Shown here in pieces: positions 1 through 8,554 of a stretch of DNA of 64,000 bases. The DNA lies in NCBI GenBank assembly GCA_050013755.1, contig JBEKER010000002.1, positions 302 to 64,301 on the forward strand, in the 5' to 3' direction. Each line of letters starts with the position of its first letter. Positions within the stretch are counted from its first letter, which is position 1. Source of the stretch: Halobacteriota archaeon (GTDB lineage Archaea; Halobacteriota; Bog-38; Methanoflorentales; Methanoflorentaceae). The translations under genes and the position numbers were made by a program. The notes below the pieces were generated by a model. It did no database searches. It was given only the letters and a program-made list of their open reading frames with translations, and had not been told where the DNA came from.

Positions 1-467
1 TTCGGGCGCAAACGTTCGCAAATACGATCCGTCAAGCCGTTCTGCTCTAGCGAGGCAGTAGCTGCAAGCCGCGCCGTGTATCACTACTTACTTTAGTCTA
101 GCGTCTAGCCGGGCCTGTTCGACGCTCTCTATTAGCTCTTCCAGCGGTATTGTGTGAATGTAGGCGGCAAAGAGGTTGTAGATAGCCTGTTTCTTGTCAC
201 CTGTGTCGGTCTGATGGTGGATTGCTTGCACGAGAGTTGAATCTGTGCTGCAGGTGATAATCCAACTGCAAGAACGTGTTGAAAGTGAAAGGAAAAAAGA
301 AAGAGGGCGGCAAAACCCCTTCTTGGTTCACTGGTAATCAGTCGCGGAAGGAACCTAGCGAATCGTCAGGCGCGAGGACATCGTTGCGGCGCTCTGGCAT
401 AATCATCATAGCACTCGGCCAATGTTACCGACTCCCTTCAGTGAAGGTAGAATAAGGCGTGTTTCGG

Positions 468-617
468 CTACTCCTTCGCCTTTTCAAGAAGCGCCTTCAC
501 TACGTCGTCTTGAGTCTGGACTTTTTCCCTCTCAGCACTCAGTGTGGCGCGGTACTTCTCGAAATCAGCGTGGGTCTTCTTGCTTACGCTGATGGTCGCC
601 CTGTCCTCGCGTTTCAT
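468..617 (-). CDS. small RHH-like DNA-binding protein (plasmid/virus-type, 49 aa)
   Basis: MKREDRATISVSKKTHADFEK...TQDDVVKALL has the beta-strand plus two-helix pattern. A TTTATC box lies ~25 nt upstream of ATG 617, with a TATGAA(A)CG direct repeat between them. Confidence 0.6.
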   Translation of the reverse strand: MKREDRATISVSKKTHADFEKYRATLSAEREKVQTQDDVVKALLEKAKE

Positions 618-948
618 CTGTCGTTCATACGTTTCATAACTGATAAATAGTTGTGGATTCATGCCACGAGCGGAGATGATCGTGATGTCAATACTAAACG
701 CAGTTTGTGAGAATCCAACGCTGCACCAGATTCACCGCAGCAAGATTTCACTCCACCGAGCAAAAGTGAACTACAGCTACCCAACAATATGATTACCGCA
801 TACGTTCTCAGTGCTTGCCGGGCTACAGGCCCAAATCTTTCAAACAGTGCACGATGGAGCGCTTGCCTTTCTTGTTGTTGTCTCTTCTTCTTGCAAAAGT
901 GAAGCAAGCGAAAGAGAAGTAGAAAACTTCGCTACTAGCTCGAAACCC

Positions 949-995
949 TCGCCTTTACACGGCGAAGGTCGGGCGTTCGAATCGCCTCGAGCCCA
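949..995 (+). mobile_element. att site: 3' half of tRNA-Val(TAC)
   Basis: Anticodon arm TCGCC-TTTACAC-GGCGA, T arm GGGCG-TTCGAAT-CGCCT and acceptor 3' strand CGAGCCCA, followed by a T-run. No D arm or GGGCTCG 5' strand upstream. Confidence 0.85.
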
Positions 996-1039
996 TCTGT
1001 TTTTTTCGATTCGGAGGCTCACACGCTCAGCTTTAAAGC

Positions 1040-1180
1040 TCATTTTTTTAGCCACCGTTCGTCGTATTTCTTCATCCTAGCGTTGCGGGTGCGAATCCAC
1101 CACGCCCATAGTATCAGGCGCGCGGCGCTGAAGGCCACGAGCAGAATGAGAAGAAGAACCACTGCGTTCACTGCGTTCAT
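1040..1180 (-). CDS. small single-TM membrane protein (46 aa), not in ORF track
   Basis: Hand translation: MNAVNAVVLLLILLVAFSAARLILWAWWIRTRNARMKKYDERWLKK*. TATATAAAG box at ~1228-1236. Confidence 0.55.
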   Translation of the reverse strand: MNAVNAVVLLLILLVAFSAARLILWAWWIRTRNARMKKYDERWLKK

Positions 1181-1466
1181 AATTCACTCACATTTTAACC
1201 GTGCTTCTTGGTTTGTTTGCTCATAACTTTATATATTGGCTGCTCAGAATCGCGCCGCAGGTGGGGCCGCCGGAAAAACGAATATCAGCCTATCAAGAAA
1301 AAAAGATAATGAACGATACGCCCAGGGAGATGCCGTATCTGCACACGGCACACAAGGGACCCCTATAGTCCCAACCCAGTTCGCGGTAGCCACATAAGCA
1401 TCGCCAGGTAGCCACCGGCGCATATGAATAATAAAATTAGAGCTATTCGTAACCAGCGCGGAATTG

Positions 1467-1682
1467 TTACAATTCGACTTTATCAGGTTCCACTCTAACG
1501 CTAAGGTGGCCCTGATTGCCGGCTGCGAGTAGTGGCAGGATGTGCGACAACACTTGCTCTGCGCTGAGCGGACGGACTATACCGTTTGGACTGGTTTGTG
1601 TCCAGCCGTTCTTTCCTTTGCGGTAGCTCTGGGTCCCGCCGCGTATAGTCGTGATGTAAATCGTGCATGCAGTGTTCTTCAC
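1467..1682 (-). CDS. hypothetical protein (71 aa)
   Basis: Protein-like composition; co-oriented downstream of the lipoprotein gene. Confidence 0.45.
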   Translation of the reverse strand: MKNTACTIYITTIRGGTQSYRKGKNGWTQTSPNGIVRPLSAEQVLSHILPLLAAGNQGHLSVRVEPDKVEL

Positions 1683-1743
1683 GTTGTTTCCTCATTTCGT
1701 GTGCGTTCGCGCAGCTTATACCTAGGCGCGGCTTCATTTCCTT

Positions 1744-2298
1744 CTACAAGGTTGCGCTCGCATTAGCCACGTTAATGACGTTATCGTATTGCGTGACTGC
1801 GTACACCTTCTCAGATGCGCCTAGTATACCTCTCTCTGTATATGAGTAGGCTTTGTAAACGCTTGGATAATGCCCAGTTGCGTTATAATAGGCGTTACTG
1901 GTGGGGTCGCTCGTGTAATCGGTGCTCCTAAAGCTATAATTGGCTTTGTCAAACGCGGTTAAAAAGCTTGTTGCGTCTTGCGTTGTAGGAAAAGAGCGCA
2001 CAGTGTCGTTCACCGAAACTGCAGCGGTAAGGCCAAAACTGCCATTGCCGGAAGTCTCGAACGTAAAAAGAATATTGGCGCTCGTCGCATTGTTCCAGGT
2101 CACGTTCCACGCACTGATTGTAGTTGATTGATTTCCGTTAATCTCTTGCTTGTACGCATCGATAAGCTTCTCAAGCGTTGGGTCGTGCGCTTGTGGTGCA
2201 GGACTCGTAGCGGGGTTATTTGTGCTATTTGTGCACCCCGCTATTGATAACGAGGCAACCATCACCAGCACCACGATAGCCAACAACTTTTTTATCAT
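1744..2298 (-). CDS. secreted lipoprotein, N-glycosylation-sequon rich
   Basis: Signal peptide with lipobox SIAGC; many N-x-S/T sequons; GGAGG SD upstream. Confidence 0.8.
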   Translation of the reverse strand: MIKKLLAIVVLVMVASLSIAGCTNSTNNPATSPAPQAHDPTLEKLIDAYKQEINGNQSTTISAWNVTWNNATSANILFTFETSGNGSFGLTAAVSVNDTVRSFPTTQDATSFLTAFDKANYSFRSTDYTSDPTSNAYYNATGHYPSVYKAYSYTERGILGASEKVYAVTQYDNVINVANASATL

Positions 2299-2675
2299 CC
2301 CAAGTTCCTCCTGACGGAAAAATGAATCAAAAGTGTAAAAAGGCGGCGTGTCGGTTTAAGCGTGTTGTTTGGCTGCGGTTAGGTTCCCCCCGCACGGTAG
2401 CACTGGGGGCCTGGGCCTCTTCTCCATGACCCGGGCGATTTGCTTCACCAGTCCTTTCTTCGAATCATCATCGCCGCCAGACCCATATCACGCAAATCTG
2501 AGCTGCCACTCGTAGGACAAAAGCGGAAGAGTTAACACCGACGGAGACCTAGCTGGCGGTGAGGTAGGGAGCTCACGTAAAAGCGCATCACCGACTAGAT
2601 AAGCCGATGAGGTGCGATGATTGCTCGATACCACAGCCACCTGCATACGTGATTAATTGATTAAAGCGTGAAACT

Positions 2676-2930
2676 ATGCGCCTCTCTCACTGTACCCAAT
2701 GCGAAGTAAGACTTGGGCCCGGAAACGCCGAGCTCGGCTCTAAAATGTGCAATAAATGCCGCATGCAGCAAGTAGGGATAAGACCACAGACTGACTATGT
2801 TCACACACGGCCACAGACGACTGCCCCTCAAAGATATCGACAACTCGTATGTAAGCTTCGACCGGCAGCCGCACCACAGGGATATCGACAACTCGTATAT
2901 GAGCTTCGGCCGGCACCGCACTGGCATTAG
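2676..2930 (+). CDS. small CxxC...CxxC zinc-ribbon protein with 16-aa repeat
   Basis: CTQC...CNKC; internal 48-bp duplication encoding APQ(R/G)YRQLV(C/Y)(K/E)LRPA. Confidence 0.45.
   Translation: MRLSHCTQCEVRLGPGNAELGSKMCNKCRMQQVGIRPQTDYVHTRPQTTAPQRYRQLVCKLRPAAAPQGYRQLVYELRPAPHWH
2833..2921. repeat. 48-bp tandem duplication
   Basis: GATATCGACAACTCGTAT..AGCTTCG.CCGGCA at 2833 and 2881. Confidence 0.85.
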
Positions 2931-3125
2931 CTCTCGCGTCTGTCCGTCCGACGCTATCTTCCGATAATCGTGCCCAGGAGCGGTTAGTTTCCCACCGCGC
3001 GGGTCGACCTCTTTATTCTGACCGTCCAAGAAATGCACCTATGATGAATTGTCAGCGGTGCGAAAAGTACGCGCATTGCCGGCTGCGTGGCGATAGAGAG
3101 CGCGTTCCGTATTGCGAAGAATATC

Positions 3126-3246
3126 GCCGCCCGCGTTATATCAGAGACTAGTGGCAGTGACCATCTGCCTATTGAAGCTGGTTTAACGCTCGTCGCTTGG
3201 AATGACGGCCGTTTTTACGCTATTACTGACGCCAGAAAAAAGCGAT
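3126..3246 (+). repeat. dispersed repeat copy 1 (hairpin-forming)
   Basis: Aligns by hand to 4132-4193 (~56/64 columns) and gaplessly to 5620-5705 (~64/86). Confidence 0.85.
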
Positions 3247-3253
3247 CACTTGT

Positions 3254-3496
3254 CTATTTTTCTAATGAGAACTGCTCAGGGCCTGCTTCATACTGTTTAA
3301 CATCCATCTCTTTAAGGGTAGTATTGCATATTACCACTGCTTTAAATAGCGCGGAGATACACAGTTCACGTGTTTCTGCCCTTTGTATCTTCTGTAGTTG
3401 CAAGGCTTTGACCTTAAGTGCCTTCTTGTACAGGTGCTGGTAGCGTGCTAGCATCCTGTCATCACTATCGTGCATCCAACTTACTTTGCTTGGCAT
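3254..3496 (-). CDS. hypothetical helical protein (80 aa)
   Basis: ATG 3496 with GGAGGG SD, immediately after the stop of the upstream Zn-finger gene. Confidence 0.55.
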   Translation of the reverse strand: MPSKVSWMHDSDDRMLARYQHLYKKALKVKALQLQKIQRAETRELCISALFKAVVICNTTLKEMDVKQYEAGPEQFSLEK

Positions 3497-3500
3497 ACTG

Positions 3501-3980
3501 CTAGCCCTCCTGCCAAATAACACCGTTCTCTCGTAGCTCGTTTATTAAGTGTAGCTGTATCTTTTTGAGCAGAATAAGGCACTCTGTCTGCTTTCCCTTA
3601 TCTGTCATTGCTTGTAGGTAGTCAGCTCGGACATCGGCCCTAGCACAATTCAAAACGCCCAAGCAGCTGTCTCTTACATTTTCCTCATAGCCTACTTGAG
3701 CAACTTCCTCCCAGAGTTCTGCACGTGTCTGCCCAGTCCACACCGTTACTTCATCCGGGTCAAGTCCTACCCATTTATCCCACTTATCTTGCTGTCCTCT
3801 CGTGCTGTAAAAAAGCTCATCGTAGCGCTCGGACCCACGCTTCTTGGCAGCATACTTACGCTTATACAATCGGTCTTTATCCTGGTGGTTCTGCTTCCAA
3901 GCTGCTATGCGGTCACGGCAAGAAGAGCACGTTTTAAGTGGGCCGGCGTGCTCGTTGTGGCAAGCAGGACAAACTACCAT
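3501..3980 (-). CDS. zinc-finger protein with basic helix (virus/MGE-like)
   Basis: N-terminal CPAC...CSSC followed by a K/R-rich stretch; lower GC than the core genes. Confidence 0.65.
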   Translation of the reverse strand: MVVCPACHNEHAGPLKTCSSCRDRIAAWKQNHQDKDRLYKRKYAAKKRGSERYDELFYSTRGQQDKWDKWVGLDPDEVTVWTGQTRAELWEEVAQVGYEENVRDSCLGVLNCARADVRADYLQAMTDKGKQTECLILLKKIQLHLINELRENGVIWQEG

Positions 3981-4131
3981 TGTAATACTATGCTACTTCA
4001 TACTCTACAATAAGCCTTTCTCATACTCTACAAACAGATTAAAAGAGGGCTGCTGACTCTAACCCAATCCCCTTTGTGCTTGCGTTCTTCATTACCGCGG
4101 GACTTATAGGGGTGTTTCTTATGTCAAGAGA

Positions 4132-4193
4132 GCCGCCCGCGCGATATCAGAGAATAGTGGCAGTGACCTCTGCTATTGAAGCTTTGTTAACGC
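4132..4193 (+). repeat. dispersed repeat copy 2
   Basis: GCCGCCCGCG..ATATCAGAGA.TAGTGGCAGTGACC-TCTGC-TATTGAAGCT...TTAACGC shared with copy 1. Confidence 0.85.
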
Positions 4194-4480
4194 CAGCGTG
4201 TGCGGCTAAAATAGGAAGGCCTGGGTTATGGAGAGACCCAGGCATTTGCTTCACCACTGCCCCTGCAACAATCTGCGGTGTTGCAATAGTAAAGACTCGC
4301 GAAGGCGCATAAATGTTACTAACTGGTACCCGCTGTAACGTACGAAATTTGTAATAAAGTTTCAAATAGGTTTTAGCTATACCTATGGGATGCCTCGGTT
4401 TAGTAGTTCTAAGGCTGCGACCGCCCCCGTTGCATGGTCGATGCTTGGTCCAAATAAGTCTTCCTTATTAGAATTAAGTG

Positions 4481-4516
4481 GGGCGGTTAACAGCCTTAGT
4501 TGCTCCACTTTCACTC
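4481..4516 (+). repeat. direct repeat A, left of DUF4386-like gene
   Basis: GGGCGGTTAACAGCCTTAGTTGC...TCCACTTTCACTC; second copy at 5254-5297. Confidence 0.85.
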
Positions 4517-4538
4517 GCGGTCAATAACGTTTGATGTG

Positions 4539-5306
4539 ATGTGGATGGACGTAGATACTGACCAAAGCTGGAAAGGGCTGTACCACCTTGGTAGGATTCT
4601 TCTAGTCTTGGTGTGTATTGGTGGGCTTACTGCATCAACAATGGGGCGCGCTCTCTACAGCTTGGGCTACCCAAGCAACGCTACGGTATATCTGCAGCTT
4701 GTATCGCAAAAGCAGCTGCTAGCGAACAGCCTTTGGAGCCTCTGGATTCTGATTGATTTCTTGCTTATCGCGCCGTCTATCGCGCTCTATCTCATCTTGC
4801 GACGCGACAACAGGACATTGGCGCTTGTCGGTACTCTGCTTTCATTGTTTTACATCTTCTATGACATTAGCGTCACGGAATTGAATTCCTTGACGCTTGT
4901 CAGTCTTTCCCAGGGGTACGCCAGTGCCACGACCGACGCGCTAAGAGCCACCTACGTCGCGGCGGCAACCTATGGTTATGCCGCCCTTCCTCTCCAGACA
5001 GTCCTCAGCTTCGGGGTCGGCGCGGTAGGGTGGCTTCTTTGGAGCGTGGTCATACTAAAAGAGCATACTTTCCATAGGTGGACAGGGGTCTTCGGCATTA
5101 TCGTCAACGTTATAGGAATCATTGGAGCGGCCGCTCCTCTAGCTCTCACATCTTACATTCTAGGCCTCTGCCAATTCCTCGCTGTCCCGCTTACTGGCTT
5201 GTGGTTCATCATAATCGGAGTTGCATTGTTTCGTTTTAATCAGAAAAATATGCGGGCAGTTAACAGCCTTAGTTGCGACCTGTCCACACTTTCACTCTGC
5301 TTTTAG
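4539..5306 (+). CDS. DUF4386-like multi-pass membrane protein
   Basis: About 6-7 TM helices with WKGLY..G, ALYLILR and FHRWTG..G patterns typical of this family. The last ~17 codons come from direct repeat A. Confidence 0.7.
   Translation: MWMDVDTDQSWKGLYHLGRILLVLVCIGGLTASTMGRALYSLGYPSNATVYLQLVSQKQLLANSLWSLWILIDFLLIAPSIALYLILRRDNRTLALVGTLLSLFYIFYDISVTELNSLTLVSLSQGYASATTDALRATYVAAATYGYAALPLQTVLSFGVGAVGWLLWSVVILKEHTFHRWTGVFGIIVNVIGIIGAAAPLALTSYILGLCQFLAVPLTGLWFIIIGVALFRFNQKNMRAVNSLSCDLSTLSLCF
5254..5297 (+). repeat. direct repeat A, right copy
   Basis: GGGCAGTTAACAGCCTTAGTTGC...TCCACACTTTCACTC. Confidence 0.85.
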
Positions 5307-5312
5307 CTAACC

Positions 5313-5588
5313 ATTACACAGATAGACCCACAATCTTGGCCCGCGAACAACGATTGCCTGGAAGTCGATGAACTCATCCTCGAACTCGCGGACTACAAGA
5401 ATGACTATGCTGATGTGGCTGCCGAAACACTTTCTAGGAAGTGCTCGACCAGTTGGGAAGCTTATCAGTACCTACGAGACCGCGTGCACGATGGCTGGCT
5501 ACCGGACCGTGCACGTCAGCAGTTGCGACAAATTATCAAAAGGATACAAGTGCGATTGCTTCAGCGTCACGAGTACGGCTATGCGTAG
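5313..5588 (+). CDS. helical hypothetical protein (91 aa) lacking ATG (ATT start or pseudogene); not in ORF track
   Basis: Hand translation ITQIDPQSWPANNDCLEVDELILELADYKNDYADVAAETLSRKC...RARQQLRQIIKRIQVRLLQRHEYGYA*; amphipathic helical pattern. Confidence 0.5.
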   Translation: MTQIDPQSWPANNDCLEVDELILELADYKNDYADVAAETLSRKCSTSWEAYQYLRDRVHDGWLPDRARQQLRQIIKRIQVRLLQRHEYGYA

Positions 5589-5619
5589 GAGCAATCATGA
5601 GCGCTTTCTTTGTGTACTG

Positions 5620-5705
5620 CCATCTGCCTATTGAAGTTTGCTTAACGCTCTTCACGGTGAATAACGGGCATTTAGAGGCCAATATTGCAATCGGAAAAAA
5701 GCGAT
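5620..5705 (+). repeat. dispersed repeat copy 3
   Basis: CCATCTGCCTATTGAAG...TTAACGCTC...GAAAAAAGCGAT, collinear with 3161-3246. Confidence 0.85.
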
Positions 5706-5758
5706 TAGGCTATAATGTCATGTGGTGCATGTGAAAAATACTGACCAGGAGGGAGAAC

Positions 5759-6028
5759 ATGATAGAAAATGGGCCAATCTTAACCGGCGGTGATGCAGAA
5801 CTGTTGAGCCGTGCACTTGCAGAAGTCAAGACCAAATTCTATGAGGAGTCCGAGACGAGTCTAGATGATACCCAAGCACTTAATGCACTCCTTTCGAGTA
5901 TCAGAACTGCGGAGAAGGGAGAACAAGAGAAGGAAAGACGTCACGCGTATTTTAACCCCTTGCGTAAGCGCCTTGTCCTGGGCACGCTTGTCGATAGGCC
6001 TGGCGGCGCGGACAGGGGCGAGAGTTAA
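5759..6028 (+). CDS. hypothetical protein (89 aa)
   Basis: AGGAGGG SD before ATG; helical protein-like sequence. Confidence 0.6.
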   Translation: MIENGPILTGGDAELLSRALAEVKTKFYEESETSLDDTQALNALLSSIRTAEKGEQEKERRHAYFNPLRKRLVLGTLVDRPGGADRGES

Positions 6029-6090
6029 ACGCGTCCGGGCCGAACGCTGGATAGGAGCCTTAGCAAGCCCGAATCGTTATACTACAGTCA

Positions 6091-6303
6091 TTAACCGCAA
6101 GGTTCCGTTAACTCCTGCAAGTTTGCCCCCAAGTGGTCCATGTGCGCTCGTATATCCGCAGCCACGGCACGCAAAAAAGGCTCGTCTAGTTGCAAGTCCT
6201 TAAGCTTGTTTAATTGGCCACACGCCCTTTCGACTTCATAAATTAGAGCTTCTTGGCCTGTCCCAAAGCTAGGCTCTTTTGGCTCACGCTCCTGCGTAGT
6301 CAT
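6091..6303 (-). CDS. hypothetical helical protein (70 aa)
   Basis: ATG start; amphipathic helices. Confidence 0.5.
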   Translation of the reverse strand: MTTQEREPKEPSFGTGQEALIYEVERACGQLNKLKDLQLDEPFLRAVAADIRAHMDHLGANLQELTEPCG

Positions 6304-6704
6304 AGGTAATTACTGTGTTTGCACTACTATTAGCCGCTTTCACACGACCATCGACGTAAGCGTTTCGACCATGTACTTGCGGTCAATCGACCCTAACCCG
6401 TTGGGTTGACCCTCGCAACCATCACAGTGTCTGTATCTCCCGTATCAGATTCTGCACCTGCGGATAGGACCGACCCTGCGCTGCGCACGTTTGATACGTG
6501 ACGATTATGGGGGAGGTGACGTAAGAATTCGACTTCTTCCTAAATCTCGCATCTGGTTATCTCGCGCCGCTCGCAGGACTACTACGTGAATCCCCAAACT
6601 GCATATCAGAGAGCGCGGCGCAAGCGAAACGCTTACGTTCTCAAATCCCATAGAAAACTAGTTTTCTGCCACTGGAGGAAACCGGACCTGATAAGGGACC
6701 AACC

Positions 6705-7379
6705 ATGGCGACTGACCTGCCCCATCTGCTGCTGACGGTGCTGCCATTCGCCCTTGCGAGCATGGTAAGTCCGCTGACAATAATCATCGTCATGGCAGTG
6801 CTCAGTGCGACGAAGCGCCGGGCACTCAAGGCGGCCTTGTTTGCGGTAACGTACGCGACGGTCTTTTCGGCGATATGCTTGTTGCTCGTTGCCGTCGGGA
6901 GCGCAGCGACAATCGGCGGAACCCCCTCATCGGCAATCGCGGGCATTGACGTCCTCTTGGGCATCATTCTGCTTTACATAGCCGGTCGCTCGTTGACCAA
7001 GGGGGTGGGCACGCCTCTGGTTCGGTCGTTTGACCCGGATGCGATGAGTGTCGCCGGCGCCGTGTCGATGGGCGTGCTCTTCAGCGCGAGCAACTTCTCC
7101 TCGCTGATTCCAGCGCTTGCGGCAAGCAAGGATATCGGCGTCGCTACGGTGCCGCCCTTTGACAAAACGATCGCCTTTGTTTTTCTGCTCGCCATCGCGC
7201 TGAGCTGGGTCTGGGCGCCCGTCGTCATATATCTCGTTACGCCTAACAACTTCGACAGGTTGCTCGATCCTGTCATCCGCTTCTTGCGCAGGTACGGCGG
7301 TCAGTTGATGGCTGCTGTCTTATTTTTGATCGGCCTGTATCTCATTGTTCGGGGGGTCACCGGTCTTGCTATGCTGTAG
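6705..7379 (+). CDS. GAP/Sap (LysE-superfamily) membrane transporter
   Basis: Six TM helices; LALASMVSP-like N-terminus and ending R.GGQLMAAVLFLIG.YLI.RG, typical of the GAP family. Confidence 0.8.
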   Translation: MATDLPHLLLTVLPFALASMVSPLTIIIVMAVLSATKRRALKAALFAVTYATVFSAICLLLVAVGSAATIGGTPSSAIAGIDVLLGIILLYIAGRSLTKGVGTPLVRSFDPDAMSVAGAVSMGVLFSASNFSSLIPALAASKDIGVATVPPFDKTIAFVFLLAIALSWVWAPVVIYLVTPNNFDRLLDPVIRFLRRYGGQLMAAVLFLIGLYLIVRGVTGLAML

Positions 7380-7678
7380 CGCAGGAACGGTCACGCATGT
7401 GCCAGGTCAGCGCCAGGCTGCGCTCATGAAACGGCTCATCGGGCGGTCAGCAGTTCTTTATAAAAAAGAAACGGGACCCGATTTGGCGTTTTTGCTGAGT
7501 CGGGTTTACATAGTCTTTTGCTGAATGCCTGGATGATGGAACCATGCCACGGCGCTAATATTCACTACTATTGTTGATCTGCTGTGCCTGACGTAGACGT
7601 TAAGAAGTGCATAAGGCGAAGGCAGCTTGTCCATCTCTCGAACTTTTTTCGCTCTTCGACCTGCGCACGCGACGAACG

Positions 7679-8542
7679 CTAGAGCGTACGGCCGCTCAGA
7701 ATGGACCACGCGCAATCGTACACGTCTTCATCGAAGGGGATGTCCTCGTACTCAGGCAAGGTCTCCATCATCATGACGTGCGGATCAGCGTGCTCTATGA
7801 GGCTGGCCTCCCTTTCTTCCCATTCCGGAAAAAGGGTGCCGCAGAATATCCGCTTCATCCCGCTAATAAACTCGCCGATATGCTGGTCGTACCAATTGAT
7901 GGTTTCGCTGAAGACGGGAATTGGTATTTGACGTTGATCCATAACGTCCCGGGTGGCTTCAGTCAACGCCTTCAAAATGGACAATTTCGGCTTTAATCGT
8001 TCGATGATCTCGTAGATAGCTACCGCATCCTCATCAGGGACTTCTACATCAGTCTGCGTCGTGCCGTCGCTCTCTTCTTCTAGCGATGTGCTGATAGGCG
8101 GCACGAGCTGGTCAATAGAGACCCCACGTTCAAATAGTGTAGCGTTACGTTCTACATTGCATCTATAGCATACCTCCTAGAGGTGATCTTTGGCGTGCCG
8201 ACGCTGCATCACGAGAGCTAAGAAGCTCTGTAGGAGGGTAAGCTCTAGGAGCGCCTCGAGGTAGGCGACCTTCGCGTCCATAAGGCACAAGAAGAGGTTG
8301 TTTTCTGCACGCATCATGCTGGCAAATTCACGCCGCTCCTCATCGTCTGGCAAGTCCCGCTCCGTATCACGAATCGCATTCGACCTCATTTCCTTCACAA
8401 TATCTCGAATCTCGCCTGTCGTCAGGAGCGGCTTTCCAAGCAGGCGGTGTTCAGCGTAGTGGTTCGCCAGGAGCAGTCCCTTTTTGTGACCATCCGCCTT
8501 GCGTATCGCCGCCCGGACTCTCCGTTCACCGATTTTTGCCAT
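7679..8542 (-). pseudogene. single 287-codon frame interrupted by one in-frame TAG (8177-8179)
   Basis: ORFs 8177..8542 and 7679..8104 are in the same frame; the 24 linking codons (EVCYRCNVERNATLFERGVSIDQL) are open. Confidence 0.6.
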
Positions 8543-8554
8543 TTAGACTCCTCC

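Noticed and set aside
840-1055. ORF containing WARGDSNARPSPCKG as a split SSV-type integrase fragment
   Set aside because: The peptide is just the tRNA antisense translation. All minus-strand frames close soon after, and no tyrosine-recombinase motifs follow.
1081-1108. Second tRNA-like 3' end (GCGGGTGCGAATCC...GCCCA)
   Set aside because: The T stem does not pair properly; it is better explained as the antisense of the 46-aa membrane peptide.
3087-3443. GSDHLPI as an EEP nuclease motif
   Set aside because: It is an isolated motif inside the dispersed repeat, frame-broken in copy 2, with no other EEP motifs. A decayed origin cannot be fully excluded.
3126-5705. CRISPR array or canonical integron attC array
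   Set aside because: Spacing is kb-scale and irregular, the AAC/GTT order is reversed relative to attC, and no cas or intI gene is in the window.
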